From the NCBI GenBank assembly GCA_965247535.1, contig OZ252018.1, positions 1,013,046 through 1,077,045 on the forward strand: a DNA stretch of 64,000 nt, read 5' to 3'. Made by a program: the position numbers and the translations under genes. The notes under the pieces were generated by a model, which saw only the letters and a program-made list of their open reading frames with translations, made no database searches and was not told the DNA's origin. Each line of letters begins with the position of its first letter. The first letter of the stretch is position 1. Source of the DNA: Dehalococcoidia bacterium. GTDB lineage: Bacteria; Chloroflexota; Dehalococcoidia; Lucifugimonadales; UBA2985. This document shows positions 63,142 to 64,000 of this stretch, in pieces.

Positions 63142-64000
63142 TCACTTTCGGCGGAGCCACTTCTCCTTCTGCGTTCGCCTGACTTCTTCGTCCGTGGCGC
63201 GGTAGCGGGCAAGGAACCCATCGCGGAAAGCGGCATACCGCCCATCCACGATCGCGCCGCGCGTCTCCTCCATCAGCCGCGTGATGAAGCGCAGATTGTG
63301 CACGCTTGCCAGGCGATACGCCAGCAGCTCCCTGGCCCTGAACAGGTGGTGCAGGTACGCCGCCGAGAAGCTCGCGCAGGCGTAGCAGTCGCAGCCGTCG
63401 TCGATGGGGCCGTCGCTCTCGCGGTACGGAGCGGAGTGCACGTTGACGCGCCCGTCCGCAGTGAAGAGGCCTCCGTTGCGGGCGACGCGCGTGGGCAGCG
63501 AGCAGTCGAACATGTCCATACCGAGGCCGATGCAGGTGACCAGGTCTTCCGGCGAGCCTGCGCCCATCAGGTATCGGGGCTTGTCATTGGGTAGCGAACC
63601 GCCCATCAGCGAAACGGTCTCGTAGGTCATCGCCTTGGGCTCACCGACGGTTAGACCTCCCAGCGCGTATCCGTCGAAGTCCATGGCTACCAGCGCGGCC
63701 GCCGACTCCAGGCGAAACTCCCGGCTGACGCCCCCCTGTACGACTGCGAACAGCGCCTGCTCGTCCAGGCGATGCGCCTCGCGGCATCTCAGGGCCCATC
63801 GGTGCGTTCTCACCGTGGCCTCGCGCAGGTCGGGCTCCTCAGCGCCGAAGGGCGGGCAGTGGTCCAGCACCATCGCAATGTCAACCCCAAGCTGCTCCTG
63901 GTACTCGACAGCTAACTCCGGCGAGAGGAACTGCTCGCTGCCGTCGATGTGCGAGCGGAAGGTGACTCCTTCCTCGGATAGGCTGCTCAGACGGCCCAGG
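63142..64000 (-). CDS. tgt: Queuine tRNA-ribosyltransferase (tRNA-guanine transglycosylase), C-terminal about 285 aa; the gene starts beyond the right edge
   Basis: The frame stays open to the window end: ...GVTFRSHIDGSEQFLSPELAVEYQEQLGVDIAMVLDHC...FAVVQGG...DGYALGGLTVGE...CDCYAC (zinc site). Confidence 0.9.
   Translation of the reverse strand, partial: LGRLSSLSEEGVTFRSHIDGSEQFLSPELAVEYQEQLGVDIAMVLDHCPPFGAEEPDLREATVRTHRWALRCREAHRLDEQALFAVVQGGVSREFRLESAAALVAMDFDGYALGGLTVGEPKAMTYETVSLMGGSLPNDKPRYLMGAGSPEDLVTCIGLGMDMFDCSLPTRVARNGGLFTADGRVNVHSAPYRESDGPIDDGCDCYACASFSAAYLHHLFRARELLAYRLASVHNLRFITRLMEETRGAIVDGRYAAFRDGFLARYRATDEEVRRTQKEKWLRRK

Overview
High-GC bacterial chromosomal segment (hand counts give about 65% GC in typical genes). 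It is densely coding. I support about 57 protein genes, one tRNA-Pro(GGG), one IS481-like insertion sequence with a frameshifted transposase, and several families of short palindromic intergenic repeats. I saw no rRNA and no CRISPR array. ORF-track coordinates include the stop codon. The track also calls many long antisense or out-of-frame ORFs, which are the usual high-GC artefacts.

Gene content from left to right:
- An IDH/IPMDH-family gene fragment, then a 12S/5S-biotin transcarboxylase pair and tRNA-Pro.
- An MFS transporter, an acyltransferase-3 gene and a tandem pair of PaREP1 (HEPN-like) genes.
- A five-gene Opp/Dpp-type ABC importer preceded by a six-Asp-box sialidase-like exoprotein.
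- A patch of tiny zinc-ribbon genes.
- An ArsC/Spx-family gene with an in-frame TGA (predicted selenoprotein), a metallophosphoesterase and a class-V aminotransferase.
- A DUF192 lipoprotein, Lhr helicase and two family-III CoA-transferases with cupins.
- A LicC-like cytidylyltransferase coupled to a CobD/HisC-like PLP enzyme.
- Qor, DUF1786 and NUDIX genes.
- A partial System-I cytochrome c maturation operon: ccmH, ccmF, a CcmI-like gene, an unknown gene and a TlpA-like gene.
- rsmD-coaD, an ADP-forming acyl-CoA synthetase-like gene, then aroQ-pepP-efp-xseA-xseB, a PHP phosphoesterase and a formyltransferase.
- A lower-GC orphan gene, an AAC(6')-like GNAT, tig-clpP-clpX and aspS.
- The IS element, then a thrC-like / NIL / CysO-like sulfur-carrier cassette, a P-loop kinase and tgt.

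The C-terminal membrane-anchored exoproteins, the selenoprotein and the CoA-transferase paralogues suggest an uncultivated monoderm-type lineage such as Chloroflexota. This is only a guess.

Most interesting observations:
1. The UxxC ArsC-family selenoprotein candidate, which has its own TATAAT promoter and a hairpin at the UGA.
2. The thrC-like / NIL / CysO(GG-SR) cassette, which suggests thiocarboxylate-dependent homocysteine or thio-amino-acid synthesis.
3. The IS inserted, with a 6-bp target duplication, exactly between two back-to-back promoters.
4. The structured intergenic repeat families.
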